In this document: piece by piece, positions 49,031-62,100 of the stretch
Position numbering within the stretch: the stretch's first letter is position 1
Layout of the letters: every line of letters begins with the position of its first letter
DNA from: Octopus sinensis
Lineage: Eukaryota
Length of the DNA: 64,000 bases
Reading direction: 5' to 3'
Assembly: GCF_006345805.1 (NCBI RefSeq)
Contig: NC_042997.1
Coordinates: 22,940,001-23,004,000, forward strand
Translations under genes and position numbers: made by a program
The notes under the pieces: generated by a model
Databases searched by the model: none
Seen by the model: the letters and a program-made list of their open reading frames with translations, nothing else
What the model was told of the DNA's origin: nothing

Positions 49031-49890
49031 GGAACAGATTTAATGTGAAAGGATAGTGATGGAGAGAATAACAGAGAGAACAGTGTTGTCAGTGGTAGAG
49101 TGCAGAACCTCATTGAAATAAAAAGAAATTTTAAAACAAATGGTGAGACGCTGTATGAGAGGAAGCCTGTTTAAACCATACAAACATGGAAAAATTTTAA
49201 AAAACAATATTAAGTAGATGGTGTGTTTATCAAACCTCATTGAACTGATCTATGGCCAAAGGCAATTTACCTGGATCCATCCCTTCTTTTTTATGTACAG
49301 GGAAACCAGGACCCCATTCTATATGTCCCTTTTTATTCTTATATGGTAGTGGAGTGTGATTTGATGGAGATTTGGCAGCTGTTTCTTGTAGTTGGTAGAT
49401 TAAAAGCACTCTTGTTGGCTTTTGTCTGTTTATACTAGTGTAAATCAATATTGGTTTTAATTCTTGCATGAGAGGTCACTCTTTAAAGGGTAATAATTCT
49501 CGTTAAACTTTAAGTCATTCAATAAATGTTTTCATCTTAATGGAACCAGTAAAAATGTAATTTATGTTCAGATTGTCACTCTTCGTAAAGATTTGCTAAT
49601 GGAATTTAGGCTGCTTCTTACCCAATATCTTGACAAGTGTTTTTTTTTATGGGGGTTAATCATTTAAATTATGTATTGGGAAATGTTCTTTTTATGAATT
49701 TTATTTGGGATATTTTGATCTTTTTTTACAAATTCATTTACACAAAAATCTTGTTTAGACCAAAATAATCTCTTTCATAAGTTTTGATGCAGAAACTTTG
49801 TTCATTTTAATAATATTGACAACTTTATCCTTTGAAATTATTTTATTTAAATTGGCAAATGAAGTCCTTTTCATTTTATTTGTCAAACAG

Positions 49891-50132
49891 GTATGCCAAT
49901 TTCATCAGAATGTACAGCAGAAGTTGATGATATGAGAAAAGCAATAATGGAAGATTTTCAGATTACTCCTGAAATTGTGATAAATTGTGATGTTGAAATT
50001 CGCCAGTATTGTAGTGGAGGCAGCAGTAAAGAAGGGAAAACATTACATTGTTTAATGGAATTATCACGACCAGTCCATTTCAAGGGTACCCTTAAATTAA
50101 AAAAACATATTAGTCAAGAATGTGAAACTCAG
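49891..50132 (+). CDS. GLG1: GLG1 exon 7 (242 nt, MPISSECTAEVDDMRKAIMEDF...GKTLHCLM...QECETQ)
   Basis: aaacag|GT ATG...CAG|gtaaca; MEDF..PEI...C..EI...C and GKTLHCLM motifs. Confidence 0.94.
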
Positions 50133-51981
50133 GTAACATTTTAACTATTTGTTTTTTTATGTTTTCTTATTTGATTATCTTAAATTTTACAAAATTCATA
50201 TTAATTCTTTGTTATATCTAAAGTTCTTGTAAGATGTTTATTGTTTTGAGCTCTGTCTTTTTGAAGGGGAGTATCTGTGGTAAGGAGCAGATTGGGAGAT
50301 TAGTATTTCATTATTTATACCAATTTATGTATGTTTATATGAATTTTTAACACTAAGAGTAGGCAAATAAACTGCTCAAATTTTCATACAAGTGAACATT
50401 TTCATCTTTTCTTTAAAAAAAATTCTTAGCACAATGTCCTCTTCAAGTATTTTCTATCTATTTAGATTCCGATATTTTTTGAAAAATTCTTAATAAGTTT
50501 TATTCTTTTTGTATATCATAAAAACGTCTCTGTCTTCTTTGGTGTAGAAGCATCAAGCTTTATTTTTAAGAATTAATTTTGTTATGTTCCATCAAAGTTA
50601 TGGTTAACATAACTACAGGGAAATATCCATGATCTAGAGTACATAATTAGTATTTTGTTTGTTATATTGATGTAGAGATCAGTATGACAAAATTCTAATT
50701 AATAAGGAACATAAAACTCCAGTATTGGATGAGAAGTTGTCTTGTACAGTAAGTAGGAAGAATCCTAATATACTGTGTTCATAATACATAGTATTGTTTT
50801 GTCTCAAATTGTCAACTAGGATTTCAAGTCTGTTACATATGCAGTGATACTTAGAAACTTCAGTGAAATGGTGTCCATGAACTGTTTAGCCAGTTTGCTA
50901 GACAGATAAGTGGCAATTTATTTCACTATAAAAAAAGGCTGCTAAAAAATGTGTGATTTATCTTCCAAACCTTACTTTGTCAGTTGAGCAATTAGCTGTA
51001 CACACTAACACACAAAACCAATGCAAGTATATAGGTTAGCTTGGTAATATCAATATGCAGTCTATAAATATTGGCATTCTAAACAAATATACATTAATAT
51101 TATGCATGGAAGCAAATCTGTATAAGCAAATCAATTTCTAAATGTGTATTTCATTGTAAAATAATCTCATGAATTCATATATACATTTCCCACATGTACA
51201 AAACATACAGTTCTTTGTCAGCTGATTGTAATGTATATTGATGTATATATTGCAGTCAGTCAGTTGTGGTTATTGAAAAGTAGTTGGTCAGTTTGTTCAG
51301 AGGAGATTGTAGTAGTACATTGCTGTGATAACTATGGTTCCATCATTAGCAATGATGACTGGTATTTGTTTCAGCCAAAATACTTTATTATATGAATGCA
51401 AATAAATAGTAGCAAGCTTGTAAATAGTATCCACAAAAAGTAGTGTATGACTTCAGTACAAGAGTCTAGAACCAAAATTATTAAAAACTCAAAGGAGGGC
51501 TTTGGTGAAGCCAATGTTTCTAGAGTAAAGAAGGAGTGGAAAAATTTAGCAAGTAGTGTTTTTTGTTAGTAAAAAGAGTTTACCTCATTGTCTGGAAGAC
51601 AAACTGTATGAAACTTGATGCTGTAAAATACTGCTACAGAAGTTTGAGTGTGAAAGATCTGTAGAATCTAGAGAAAAGTTTGGCAAGTTAGATTTGTGGG
51701 ATGTATAATGATAATCTATGATGACAAAGTACAAATCAGCTGAGAAAGTGGTTAGCCAATAAAAAGGCATCATCTGATGTATGCAAGGGGGATGTCAATG
51801 ATGTTGTGCATGCATTGTAGAAATCAGTGGTTCTTGACCAGAGTCCATACAAGATTTTGTTGTTAAGATTTATGTGCAATAAATTGCTTATACTTCTACA
51901 ATACACAAAATATGTTAGTTTTTTTTATACAATTCCTAATCTGTCTATATACTACTAAAATCTGTGATTGCTTACTTACTG

Positions 51982-53845
51982 GCTTGTCTGTCATTTAATA
52001 CAGCCAAACCAGCACATAATGGGAAAATACTCTGAAAGTAAGATACCCCTGAAATGTGAATACAAATGGAATAAGACAAGTTTCATGTAAATCAGGCTAC
52101 TGGTTTCCGAGATACACTTTCTTTTTGGGATTTGTTCCCATAAATTTAAGCTGTAAAACCTGTAGTTATAGCCCTTGCCTGTGAACACGGGGATAGTTTT
52201 TTGTTGGCATAACTACAGATGTGTACCCTACACCGACTTTGTTGCCTCATAACTTCCCCAAAAATGCATACTTTCTAACAAAATTTTCAACAAATACCGT
52301 TTACAATTTTTCCAAGTAGGTTGGGGGAGGAGTTTCGGAAAACTTATATGATCTGACATTTTTCCTTCATAACTTTCAGGAAAATGGATTTCTTTTAATG
52401 AAATCTTATACAAATACCTTTCAAACAACATAGATTATGATTATATAGAAATTTGTTGGGAAAATTTTTTCCAAGGGGGTGAGGAGAGGAGTTTCGAAAA
52501 AATGGAGTTTTGGATCAGAATTTTTCCCATTTTTTATTTCACCACAGCCTTCAAAATGACGTGGGGCATATCCCACTCATGACCAATTTTTTTTAAACTT
52601 CAAAATTATGGGAGGAGCCTTTTCGGTAACAAAAAAAAAACATAAATAAAATAAAATAAAAAAATTTCAGAGGAAAAGCTATACGATTCAAAGGAGATTT
52701 GGCTGTTGTTTCTAGCACATCCCAAACCACCCTCCATTTTCACCCTCACATGTATAGGTGTTTTCTCAATATTTTTTTCTCATTAAACATTTTATGGAAT
52801 GATGATGCCAAAGTAACACACGCGCAGTCCGTTGGTAGAATACAAGCAACAAAAAAATAATTGTAATTTTAGTTTTTACCCCCACCTCAATCAAACAAAG
52901 CCATGTGTGCATGTAAGAAGAAACATTTTCTAACAGATAAGTATGCTATTAAAATGAATTATCGTTTGCATACCATGTGGATAAATGCCAGCAATGACCT
53001 TCTCAGGCTACCCAATATTTTAATTTATAAACAGAAACAGTCAGGGGAAGGGAGTGGGGTTGCAAAAAAATCATAATTTTTCAATTTTTTTTGTTTATAT
53101 AACATATAAATGTATCTATGGGGAAAAATTTTTTAAACTTTTTTTACATAAAAAGATATTCCCAGCCCACATCATTTCCAAAGCTGTAGTTTAATTTAAA
53201 AAATGGGGAAAAACTCCCCTTCAAAACAGTAGTTCCAACCTATTTAGTCTTCCTGATCTGAAATTCCGTTTTATGAAACTCCTCTCCCCACCCCGCTCAG
53301 AAAAAATTTTCGCCACAAGTTTCTTTATAATCTTCATCTATGCCATTTGGAAGGTATTTGTATAAAATTTAATCAAAAGATATCCGTTTTCCTAAAAGTT
53401 ATGAATCAAAAAAGTCAGATTGTGTAAAGTTTCCAAAACTCCTCTCCCTATCTCCTTGAAAAAATTCTTTTCCATAAATCCCTATATACTCATCATCTAA
53501 GCAGTATTTGTTGAAAATTTTGTTGAAAAGTATCCGTCTTTCTGGAAGTTATGAGGCAACAAAGTCAGGAGGGGGTTAACATGTAGTTATTCCAGTTTTG
53601 TTTGTGTGCTTGCTTGCGTGCATGCTTGCCTGTAATTTAATACAGCCAAACTGACATATAATTGGAAATTACTCTAGATGTAAAGTACATCTGAAATGTG
53701 AATACAAACAGAATAAAACAAGTTTCACATAATTCGGACCACGGATTCCCAAGATAGGTGGTTTTTTTTGGGTACCTTCATAAATAGCCAAAGCAGTGCA
53801 TAATGGGAAAATATTCTGAAAGTAACATAACCCTGAAATGAGAAA
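51982..53845. mobile_element. Composite foldback element: about 310-bp inverted arms flanked by about 130-bp direct repeats
   Basis: Arms 52209-52518 and 53253-53590 (perfect 23-mer at 52235-52257 / 53544-53566); direct repeats 51982-52115 and 53624-53757, with a partial third copy near 53790-53840. Confidence 0.82.
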
Positions 53846-54478
53846 ATTGTTTCCATTAATTCTATGTTTATGTTATGTAACAATTCCATTTGCATTTTTG
53901 TAGAAGTGTGCACACATACCATAAATAAATGCTGTTACTGGAGTTCATGTTTATCCTGGAATTTCTATTAGATGCTGTAAATAATCAATAAAACCTTAAA
54001 CATGAACTTGTAAACTAGACCTATGATGACATGAAAGAATTGAAATATTTAACTGAATCATCATAAAATTAACTTTCATTTCAATGCAATGTTGAAATCA
54101 GCTTCAATGTTTTATAACGTGAATCATCAGTGACCCAATAGATCACAGGCAGTCTAGTAATATTTAATTATAAAAATACATTAGGATTTTTTTAATTATA
54201 TTCATTGAATGGCCATGGAGGTCCAAGAGAGTAAAATAGGAATCTAAGGGGTCTATAGGCAAAAAATTATTGAGAACCATTGGTATAATTGGCTGAAAAG
54301 TAACATTATACTGTAAGACATTAAAATAGTGTTGATCTGTGTAATTGCAGTAGAATTGTTAAGATGAAAAATCACCTTTGTACTGGCAGTATCTGTGCAG
54401 AGTTTATGAAATACTTTTCCATTAATTATATTTCAAGCATTGTCAAAATATAGCATGAATTCTTTTATTACATTTCAG

Positions 54479-54600
54479 TTAACTAACCTTTTGCATGAGG
54501 CTGATGTTGGACAAGATTTCCGTATTGACCGTGCTTTACAAAAAGCATGTCAACCTGTTGTTGATGTTGCATGCAGAAGTATCCAGCCAGGTGATGCAAG
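54479..54600 (+). CDS. GLG1: GLG1 exon 8 (122 nt, LTNLLHEADVGQDFRIDRALQKACQPVVDVACRSIQPGDA R)
   Basis: tttcag|TTA...AG|gttagt, ends in phase 2; D(F/Y)RIDRAL motif. Confidence 0.94.
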
Positions 54601-54869
54601 GTTAGTCTGATCTTTAACTAAAGCTTTTTATTGACACATACTATTCAAAAAAGATTCTTCAGTCATTATGAATTTAAGTTTTTGTGTTACTATTTGGTAT
54701 GTTTTTCCCATATTTTACATTAAAAAAAAATCTTTTAAAATATTTTGAATAATGCTATGCAAGCAATAAATAATTGCTTTCAGTACAAATTAAAGGAAAG
54801 TGTTTCTACAAATATTTTATCATTTTTAAATTAATAGTATAATAAACTTGTCATTTTCCATTATTTAAG

Positions 54870-54971
54870 AATTATGAGTTGTCTGATGGAGAAACTTGGA
54901 ACAGATAAAATGACTGATGAATGTGAAGAGCGTTTGATTGAAATTCAATATTTCATATCAAGAGATTTTAG
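54870..54971 (+). CDS. GLG1: GLG1 exon 9 (102 nt, IMSCLMEKLGTDKMTDECEERLIEIQYFISRDF R)
   Basis: tttaag|A ATT...AG|gtaaga, phase 2/2; QYFISRD motif. Confidence 0.94.
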
Positions 54972-55799
54972 GTAAGAAAACAATTTTGTTTTGCATTTTG
55001 GAATTTATTTTGATAAATTATGGACTATAAATTGCAACTATCTTTTTAAAGCTTTGTTGAAACCTTTTATCCTATGCTGATGACCTCTAGGAACGCTCTG
55101 GTTTTGGTGCTGTTTTGATTCTTGATTGATATCTGTTTTGCACTTTTCTCTGTGATTGAGTCAATCTTCATCTTGCATTGGAATATGGTACAATTGAAAT
55201 AGAAGACCATGCTATTATTGTGACAAAGCTTTATTCATTTTGACTACAACTTACAATTCTGTTAGCACCTGAAGGTAATAATAGTAATAATCCTCTATCC
55301 CTGTCTTAAAACTCAGCTACATCAAAATTATTGTTCTTTTTTCAACTACATGATCTTCAAAGTTTACTGTATTATTTGGAATGGCAGAATCATTAGAACC
55401 TTGACCAAAATACCTTATGAAATTAATTGTGAGTTCAAATCCTGCCATGATTGATTTTACCTGTCATTTCTTCTGGGGGTAATAAAATATCAGTCAAGTA
55501 CTGAGATTAATATAATTAACTGTTATCCTCACCCAAATTTCTGGTCTTATACTTTTAGTAGAAGCTGTTACTAATGTATTTTAGTTAGTTACTATATTTG
55601 TTTGGATTTTGAATGAAATAATTTAGTATTTTTGATGACCTGTTAAATTTTGTTTGTAATATTTTATCATGTAAAGTTGGACAAGAATGCATCTATAAGG
55701 GCTAAACACCAGTTGAAACCTTGTGTAAATAGAAACACCAGAGATTAGTGGGATGTTCAGTACATTCAGTACATTAATTACAGACATGGTGAAATTAAA

Positions 55800-56497
55800 A
55801 AGGACCTGGGTATCTTGGTGGATTCTTCCTTTTCGCCTTTGGCCCAATGCGTCCATGCTGCCAACAAAGCACGCGGAATTCTGTTTTTGATTCTACAGTC
55901 ATTCGGAAAGCTCACAGCAGCCATATTCCTACCGCTCTATGTCATGCTGGTGAGACCCATATTGGAGTACGGGATTCAAGCCTCTTCTCCTTATCTCCTC
56001 AAAGACATACATCATCTCGAAAGAGTTCAGAAGCTGGCTACCCGCATGGTTCTTGGTCTCAAGGATTTGTCTCATGAAGAAAGGCTGAAGACGCTCGACC
56101 TTTATTCTCTTGATAAACGCCACCACCATGGTGATCTCATTCTCGCTCACAACATCATAAGCGGAAAGTGTAACCACTCGAAAGAGCTGTTCTTCACTCT
56201 TGCTCCAGAGTGTGGGCTGCGGGGTCACTCTGAAAAGCTCTATCTGCGATGATTTCATCTCAATCGAAGGAGAGGGGCTTTCTCCGTCCGGGTTGCGGAT
56301 CCGTGGAATAAGCTGCTGGACGAGATAGTGAAGATGCCAACGACCGCTCGGTTCAAAGTCTCTCTTGACCAGAAATGGCCTGAACTCTTTGTATGAACAC
56401 CCTCCCTGTACATAACTCCATGTCCCCCTACATGGCCTTGCTTTTGCTTTTTGAGCCAAAAAAAAATTAAATTAAAACATAAAATTAAAATTAAAAA
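55800..56497 (+). mobile_element. CR1-type LINE ORF2 C-terminus with (AAATT)n tail, 5'-truncated
   Basis: KDLGILVDSS...LVRPILEYG...LERVQKLATRMV...LRGH, one internal stop, then FSVRVADPWNKL; few lesions. Confidence 0.94.
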
Positions 56498-56652
56498 CTT
56501 ATAATTGACTGTATTTTTGAGACAAATTATTACTGTGACAAATACACAAAAGATGAAACTGAATATCTGAAAAGTTTCAATTTTAGAAATATTTTCAGTT
56601 TAATGAAAATGAATTTTTTAAAAATTTATTATGATCATAAATTCTATTACAG

Positions 56653-56806
56653 ACTTGATGAACAAATTTACAGCCATTGTCATAAAGATGCAGTGAGTCT
56701 GTGTCATGCAGACAAAGAATGGTATAATCCAAGAGGTCCTAACAATAGTCCACTCATCTTGCCTTGTCTATACAATTTCATGAAAAGAGACTCAGAATTG
56801 CAACAG
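56653..56806 (+). CDS. GLG1: GLG1 exon 10 (154 nt, LDEQIYSHCHKDAVSLCH...LPCLYNFMKRDSELQQ)
   Basis: ttacag|A CTT...CAG|gtaagt, phase 2/0. Confidence 0.93.
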
Positions 56807-57814
56807 GTAAGTTTTAAATGCTTCATCTTCATTTGAAGTTCATATAAATTAGATTAAAATTTCTTGGTGTCATCAGCCTGCATATTGATATTTTCAATGA
56901 CATGCTTACAGCAATGAAAGAAGTTAAACAATAGTCAATAGTAGAAGACACTGAAGTTAAAAGGGGCATCCAGCAGAAGAAATTTCTGTACAAAACGATA
57001 TGCAGAGGCGTAACTTGGGTAAATGGTGCCCAGGGCAAGCATCAGAATTGCCCCTCCACCCCAAAGTGGACCCCAAGGCATGTGCCTTGCTTGCCCCTGA
57101 TGATATGAACAATGAAACATAACAAAGATGTGAGTTATTGAATAATCCAGAGAACAATTAAATTTGGACAAAAGATTGGCCAGTTAATATCTCCATTTTG
57201 ATTAGTTAATATCTTTAATCAAACCTGTAGTTAGAACAGAACCTCAACATATCTGTGTACCATAGAATAGTTGTTCATTAGATACTAAAATAAGAGGAAT
57301 TATTCTAAATACTTTTGAAATGACTTCAGATTTTAATACTGACATTAGAGAATATATTACTAGTCTTACTATCGTCTGCACAATGTAAAACATCATTTTT
57401 TAATGTCCGTTTTCCATGCTGACATGGGTTAGATGGTTTGACAAAAGCTGACCAGATTCCAGTTGTCTGTTTTGGCATGGTTTCTATGACTGGATGCCCT
57501 GCCTAATGCCAACTACTTTACAGAGTGTGCTGGATGTTTTTGTATATGTGCTACTGGGACAGGTGTATTTTTACGTGGCATGGGCACAGGTGCTGTCTAC
57601 ATGGCATTGGCATGAGTACATTTTATGTAACACAGGCAACTCATGACTGTAAATAAATATAATTAAATACCTACAGACTCAAGTTTAACCTCTGTTCCCA
57701 AGTAATGCTGGCTACAAAGAGAAAATATTCTACCCAAAAAAACTGGATAGAATTCCATGTTGACTATGTAAAAAATGATTTAATATAAGCTTGTACCTTG
57801 GTGTTCCATCTCAA

Positions 57815-58100
57815 CATTAATTGCTTCTGTTATAGTCCAGGGCCTACCAAAACCTTGTGAGTAGATTTGCTAGATGAAAACTGAAAGAATCTCATCATCA
57901 TGAGTGTGTGTTCAGTTTCTCCTTGTTTTGACATCACATGGTTGTTTCTGATCTTCTGTGAAAACATATCTGATTGAGGGAAATTATCTTGGAAACAGGT
58001 GAGTTCTAGCAACAAGAAGTGCATCCAGCCATGGAAAGTCTGTCAGCAAATTTGTCTGACCTATGGAAGCATGAAAATATGAACATTGAAATAATGCAGA
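57815..58100 (+). mobile_element. SINE type A fragment with RTE-like tail
   Basis: ccttgtgagtagatttgctagatgaaaactgaaag; gcatccagcc...tgacctatggaagcatggaaa. Confidence 0.7.
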
Positions 58101-58229
58101 TGAAGCTTGCTAAGGAAAAGCATATTAACATATGTCTAGTTAGCAATGTGTTTGTACAGAAAGAGAGCCCTGCTCCACATTTCCTTAAGAATGATACCAT
58201 AGTAATAATTTTTTCTTTTCTTTTAACAG

Positions 58230-58367
58230 GTTTCACGTGCATGTAAGCATGAAATTAAGCGTGTTATGAGACAAAGAGCACACAGTGTAAATTTAATGCC
58301 TTCAATTCAAAATGCTTGTCTGCAAAATTTGGGGCAGTATTGTTCATTTGAAACTGACAAAGGACAG
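58230..58367 (+). CDS. GLG1: GLG1 exon 11 (138 nt, VSRACKHEIKRVMRQRAHSVNLMPSIQNACLQNLGQYCSFETDKGQ)
   Basis: taacag|GTT...CAG|gtgaga, phase 0/0; QRA..V.L.P...C..LG..C pattern. Confidence 0.93.
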
Positions 58368-59199
58368 GTGAGAATGTGAATTTTGGTTTGTGTTTTCTTG
58401 GAATGTTTTTTTATCTTTCTACTATAAGTACTTGACAATTTAGTCACCTTTTAAAAATAACAACTCACTGAGACAGCACATCTCAAACAAGCAAACCCAC
58501 AACATTAAAACCCTTTTATTTTTCAAATAAAATACAGTTCAAATACTGAAAAGGTAGGCTTTTAATACACCAAAAGTGGGGTCTTTTCTTCTTCAGAGTC
58601 AGAAAATACTTGAGACTTAAATTGCTGCTAACTTTCTACAAAGTATGAATACAGTCTACTCTAGAACTCTGCTCACATATCTTGGATGAAGTACATGCTC
58701 GTGAGTGCAAAAAGATACATATATAAACCTTTATCTACAACTAGCTTATGATATAGTTATAATTCAGTCATACTACTCACTGTTACTAAAACAATCTCTG
58801 TTCCTCTGAATTGGACAGATCTGTTCCCTTCTTTAAATTTATTTGTTCATCTGCCTCACCTACTCATTCTCTACACTAGACACTTTGCCCAATTCTTTGT
58901 TACTATATCTGCAGCTCTCTGAAATATCTTTCCTATTTACGTTTCCTTCTTTAACTTCAACAAGTCAAGTTTGTAATTGCTTTGATTTTATGCAATTGCT
59001 TTTTAATTCTAAAAATCTTGTTGAGAATCTTTTGGGTTTTGTGTGATGCGATTATGAGAGAAAGGTTAATTTTAAATACTTTTATACTTAGCTTAGTAAC
59101 AATTGTCACGTTATTATGTCAAGAAAGATTACATATCATCATTACTTAATGTTTGTCTTCCATGCTATCTTGGATAAGACAATTCCACAGATCTGACGT

Positions 59200-62100
59200 G
59201 AGTACACTAGTCAGATTGACTACATTCTCCCAGGAAATGAGAAAGATGGCTGCTTATAAATGCCAAAACTTTCCCGGGTGGAGAAGGCACCCCACAACAT
59301 AGGTTAGTTGTCAGTGACTTCAGGAGGCCAGTGTGGAAAAGAAGGGTCTGGAAGCTTAAGGATCGATCCTCTGAATGGACAGAGATTTAGAGATATTGAA
59401 GTTTTTGACGAAAAAGGGGTGGATATAGCATCAGACAATGTGGAAGACAACTGGCGGTTCTTATAAAACAACCTGTTGATTGCTACTGACCAGATTTATG
59501 GCTGGTGCAAAGTTCCCTCTCGACCTAAGGTGACAATGTGGTGGAACAGTGTAGTTGACAGGACCGTTAAGGAAAAGAAACAGACCTGGAAGTATGGTGG
59601 TAGCAGGGAAGTGTATCAAATAGCCAAAAGGGAAGCTAGGAGACAGGTTTACTTAGCCAGAAAAGAAGCTGAAAAGAAAAGATTTGCCAATGTTCTGCAT
59701 CATGAGGACCAGGGACTTGAAGTGTTTTGAATTGCACGACAGTACATCATCATCGTTTAACGTCCGTTTTCCGTGCTAGCACGGGTTGGACAGTTCGACC
59801 AGGGTCAGGGAAGCCAGGAGGCTGCACCAGGCTCCAATCTGATCTGGCAGTGTTTCTACAGCTTGATGCCCTTCCTAATGCCAACCACTCCGTGGGTGTA
59901 GTGGGTGCTTTTTACGTGCCAGGGGAGGCTGGCAGCGGCCACTATCGATTGGTGCTTTTTACGTGCCACCGGCACAGTACTTGAGAGTAAAAAACAATGT
60001 GATAGGAGACAAATGAGTTCGCATGGATGATGGCTCACTTGCATTTAATGGTGCTGCAAAGCGAAAGACTTGGACACACCACTATGAAAGATTGCTAAAT
60101 GAAGAGAATGAGTAGGTGAAAGAGAGTCTGCCAAATGTTGACCCAACAGAGGGACCAGCTATGTGAATTGACAGTACCTTGTTAGATAAAGCAATTAAGG
60201 ATGTGAAGACAAGGAAAACCCCTAAACCATAAGGAATCACCGCTGAGATGCTTAAAATATCTGGCACTGTAGGCTATAGTCTAATCACCTCTATAGTTAA
60301 CCAGGTGATGCACAAAGGAGTCATACCCAATGACTGGTGTAGCAGCACCATAGTCAACTGCTATAAAGTTAAAGGTGACGCTTTAGATAGAATTAATTAC
60401 AGAGGTATCAAATTGTTGGATCAGGTGATGAAAGTTATGGAGAGGGTCATAGCCCAACTAATTAGGGAGAGAGTTAGTTTAGATGAGATGCAGATTGGGT
60501 TTGTGCCAGGAAGAAGCAACACTGATACTATATTTCTGGTAAGACAGCTGCAGGAGAAATACCTAGCCAAAGATAAACCTCTGTACTTGGCTTTTTTTTA
60601 CATGGAGAAAGCCTTTGACAGAGTTCCTCGATCCCTTATCTGGTAGTCAATGCGGAAACTAGGGATAGATGAGTGGTTTGTGAGAACTGTACAAGCCATG
60701 TACAGGGATACTGTCAGTAAGGTGAGTGTTGCCAACAAGTATAGCGAAGAAGTCAGGGTACAAGCAGGGGTTCACCAAAGATCAGTCCTCAGCCTCTACT
60801 TGTTTGTCATAGTCCACCAGGCAATAACAGAGGAATTCAAGACAGGCTGCCCCTGGGAGCTCCTCTATGCTGATCTGATGACCTTGCTCTTATTGCTGAG
60901 TCATTAACAGAACTAGAGAAGTTTGAGGTGTGGAAGCAAGTTCTAGAATTGAAGGGCCTTAGAGTTAACCTAGCGAAAACTAGTCTTAGTAAGTAGGAAA
61001 GTGGACAAATCACAAATCCCTTCAGGTAGCTGGCCCTGCTTGATCTGTAAAAATGGCGTAGGTAGAAACTCCATAAGATGTACCCGCTGTAAGCTGTGGA
61101 CACATAAGAGGTGCAGCAATATCAAAGGAAGGTTAACAGGGCAGATAGTTTTTTTGTGTGGAAAGTGTGCAGGTACAATAAACACCAAAAATGTACAGAA
61201 AATAGATTCCATCATGTTAGGGGGAAAGACTAGAAGTAGTTGATAGCTTCCGTTACCTAGATGACCAAGTCAGTAGTAGGGGTGGAGAGCATAGCTGCTA
61301 GAATAAGAACAGGCTGGGCAAAGTCCAGAGAGCTCCTACCTCTGCCAGTAACAAAGAGCTTCTCACTCAGTGAAAGGCATACTGTATGATGCCTGTATGT
61401 AAACAGCCATGCTACATGGTAGTGAAACATGGGCTGTGACAACTGAGGACATACATAGGCTTGTAAGAAATAAAGCTATTATGCTCCGCTGGATGTGTAA
61501 TGTCAGTGTGCATGTACGACAGTGTAAGTGTCCTAAGAGTAAAGTTGGACATATGTAGTGTCAGATGTGTGCAAGAGAGACGACTGTGCTGGTATGGTCA
61601 TGTGATGTGTATAGATGAGGACAGATGTGTGAAGAAGTGTCGCCCTCTAACAGTGGAGGGAACCTATGGATGAGGTAGACCTAGGAAGATATGAGACAAG
61701 GTGGTGAAGCACAACCTTCAAATGTTGGGCCTTGCAGATGCAATGATAAGTGACCGAGACCTTTTCTGTGCTGGAGAAAACCTATCAAGCCAGTTGAGAT
61801 TGTAGTCATGGCCGATACTAGTGTCATATAACTGGCCTGTTAAAAGCACCTTTCAATCATTGTGCTGTGCTTGGGAAGACCTGTTGAACTCAGTGGAATC
61901 ATAGTCATGGTTGATGCCAGTGCTGTCTGACTGGCACCCGTGCTGGTGGCACATAAAAAGCACTGTTTGAGCATTGGGCCTCATGGAGACAGTGACAGGT
62001 AACCAAAATCTTTGGTGATATAGACCTACTTCTGTAGACCTGTCAAGCCAAGTGAGACTAGTCATGGCTGATGCTGGTGTAAAGTCATTAGCACTCGTGC

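Noticed and set aside
55792-55801. Possible 10-bp TSD AAATTAAAAA of the CR1 copy (repeated at 56488-56497)
   Set aside because: Low complexity and indistinguishable from the (AAATT)n tail, so it was not used as evidence.
57088-57130. CTGATGA...GAAAC hammerhead-like core
   Set aside because: No pairable stem II or III and no UH site in register.
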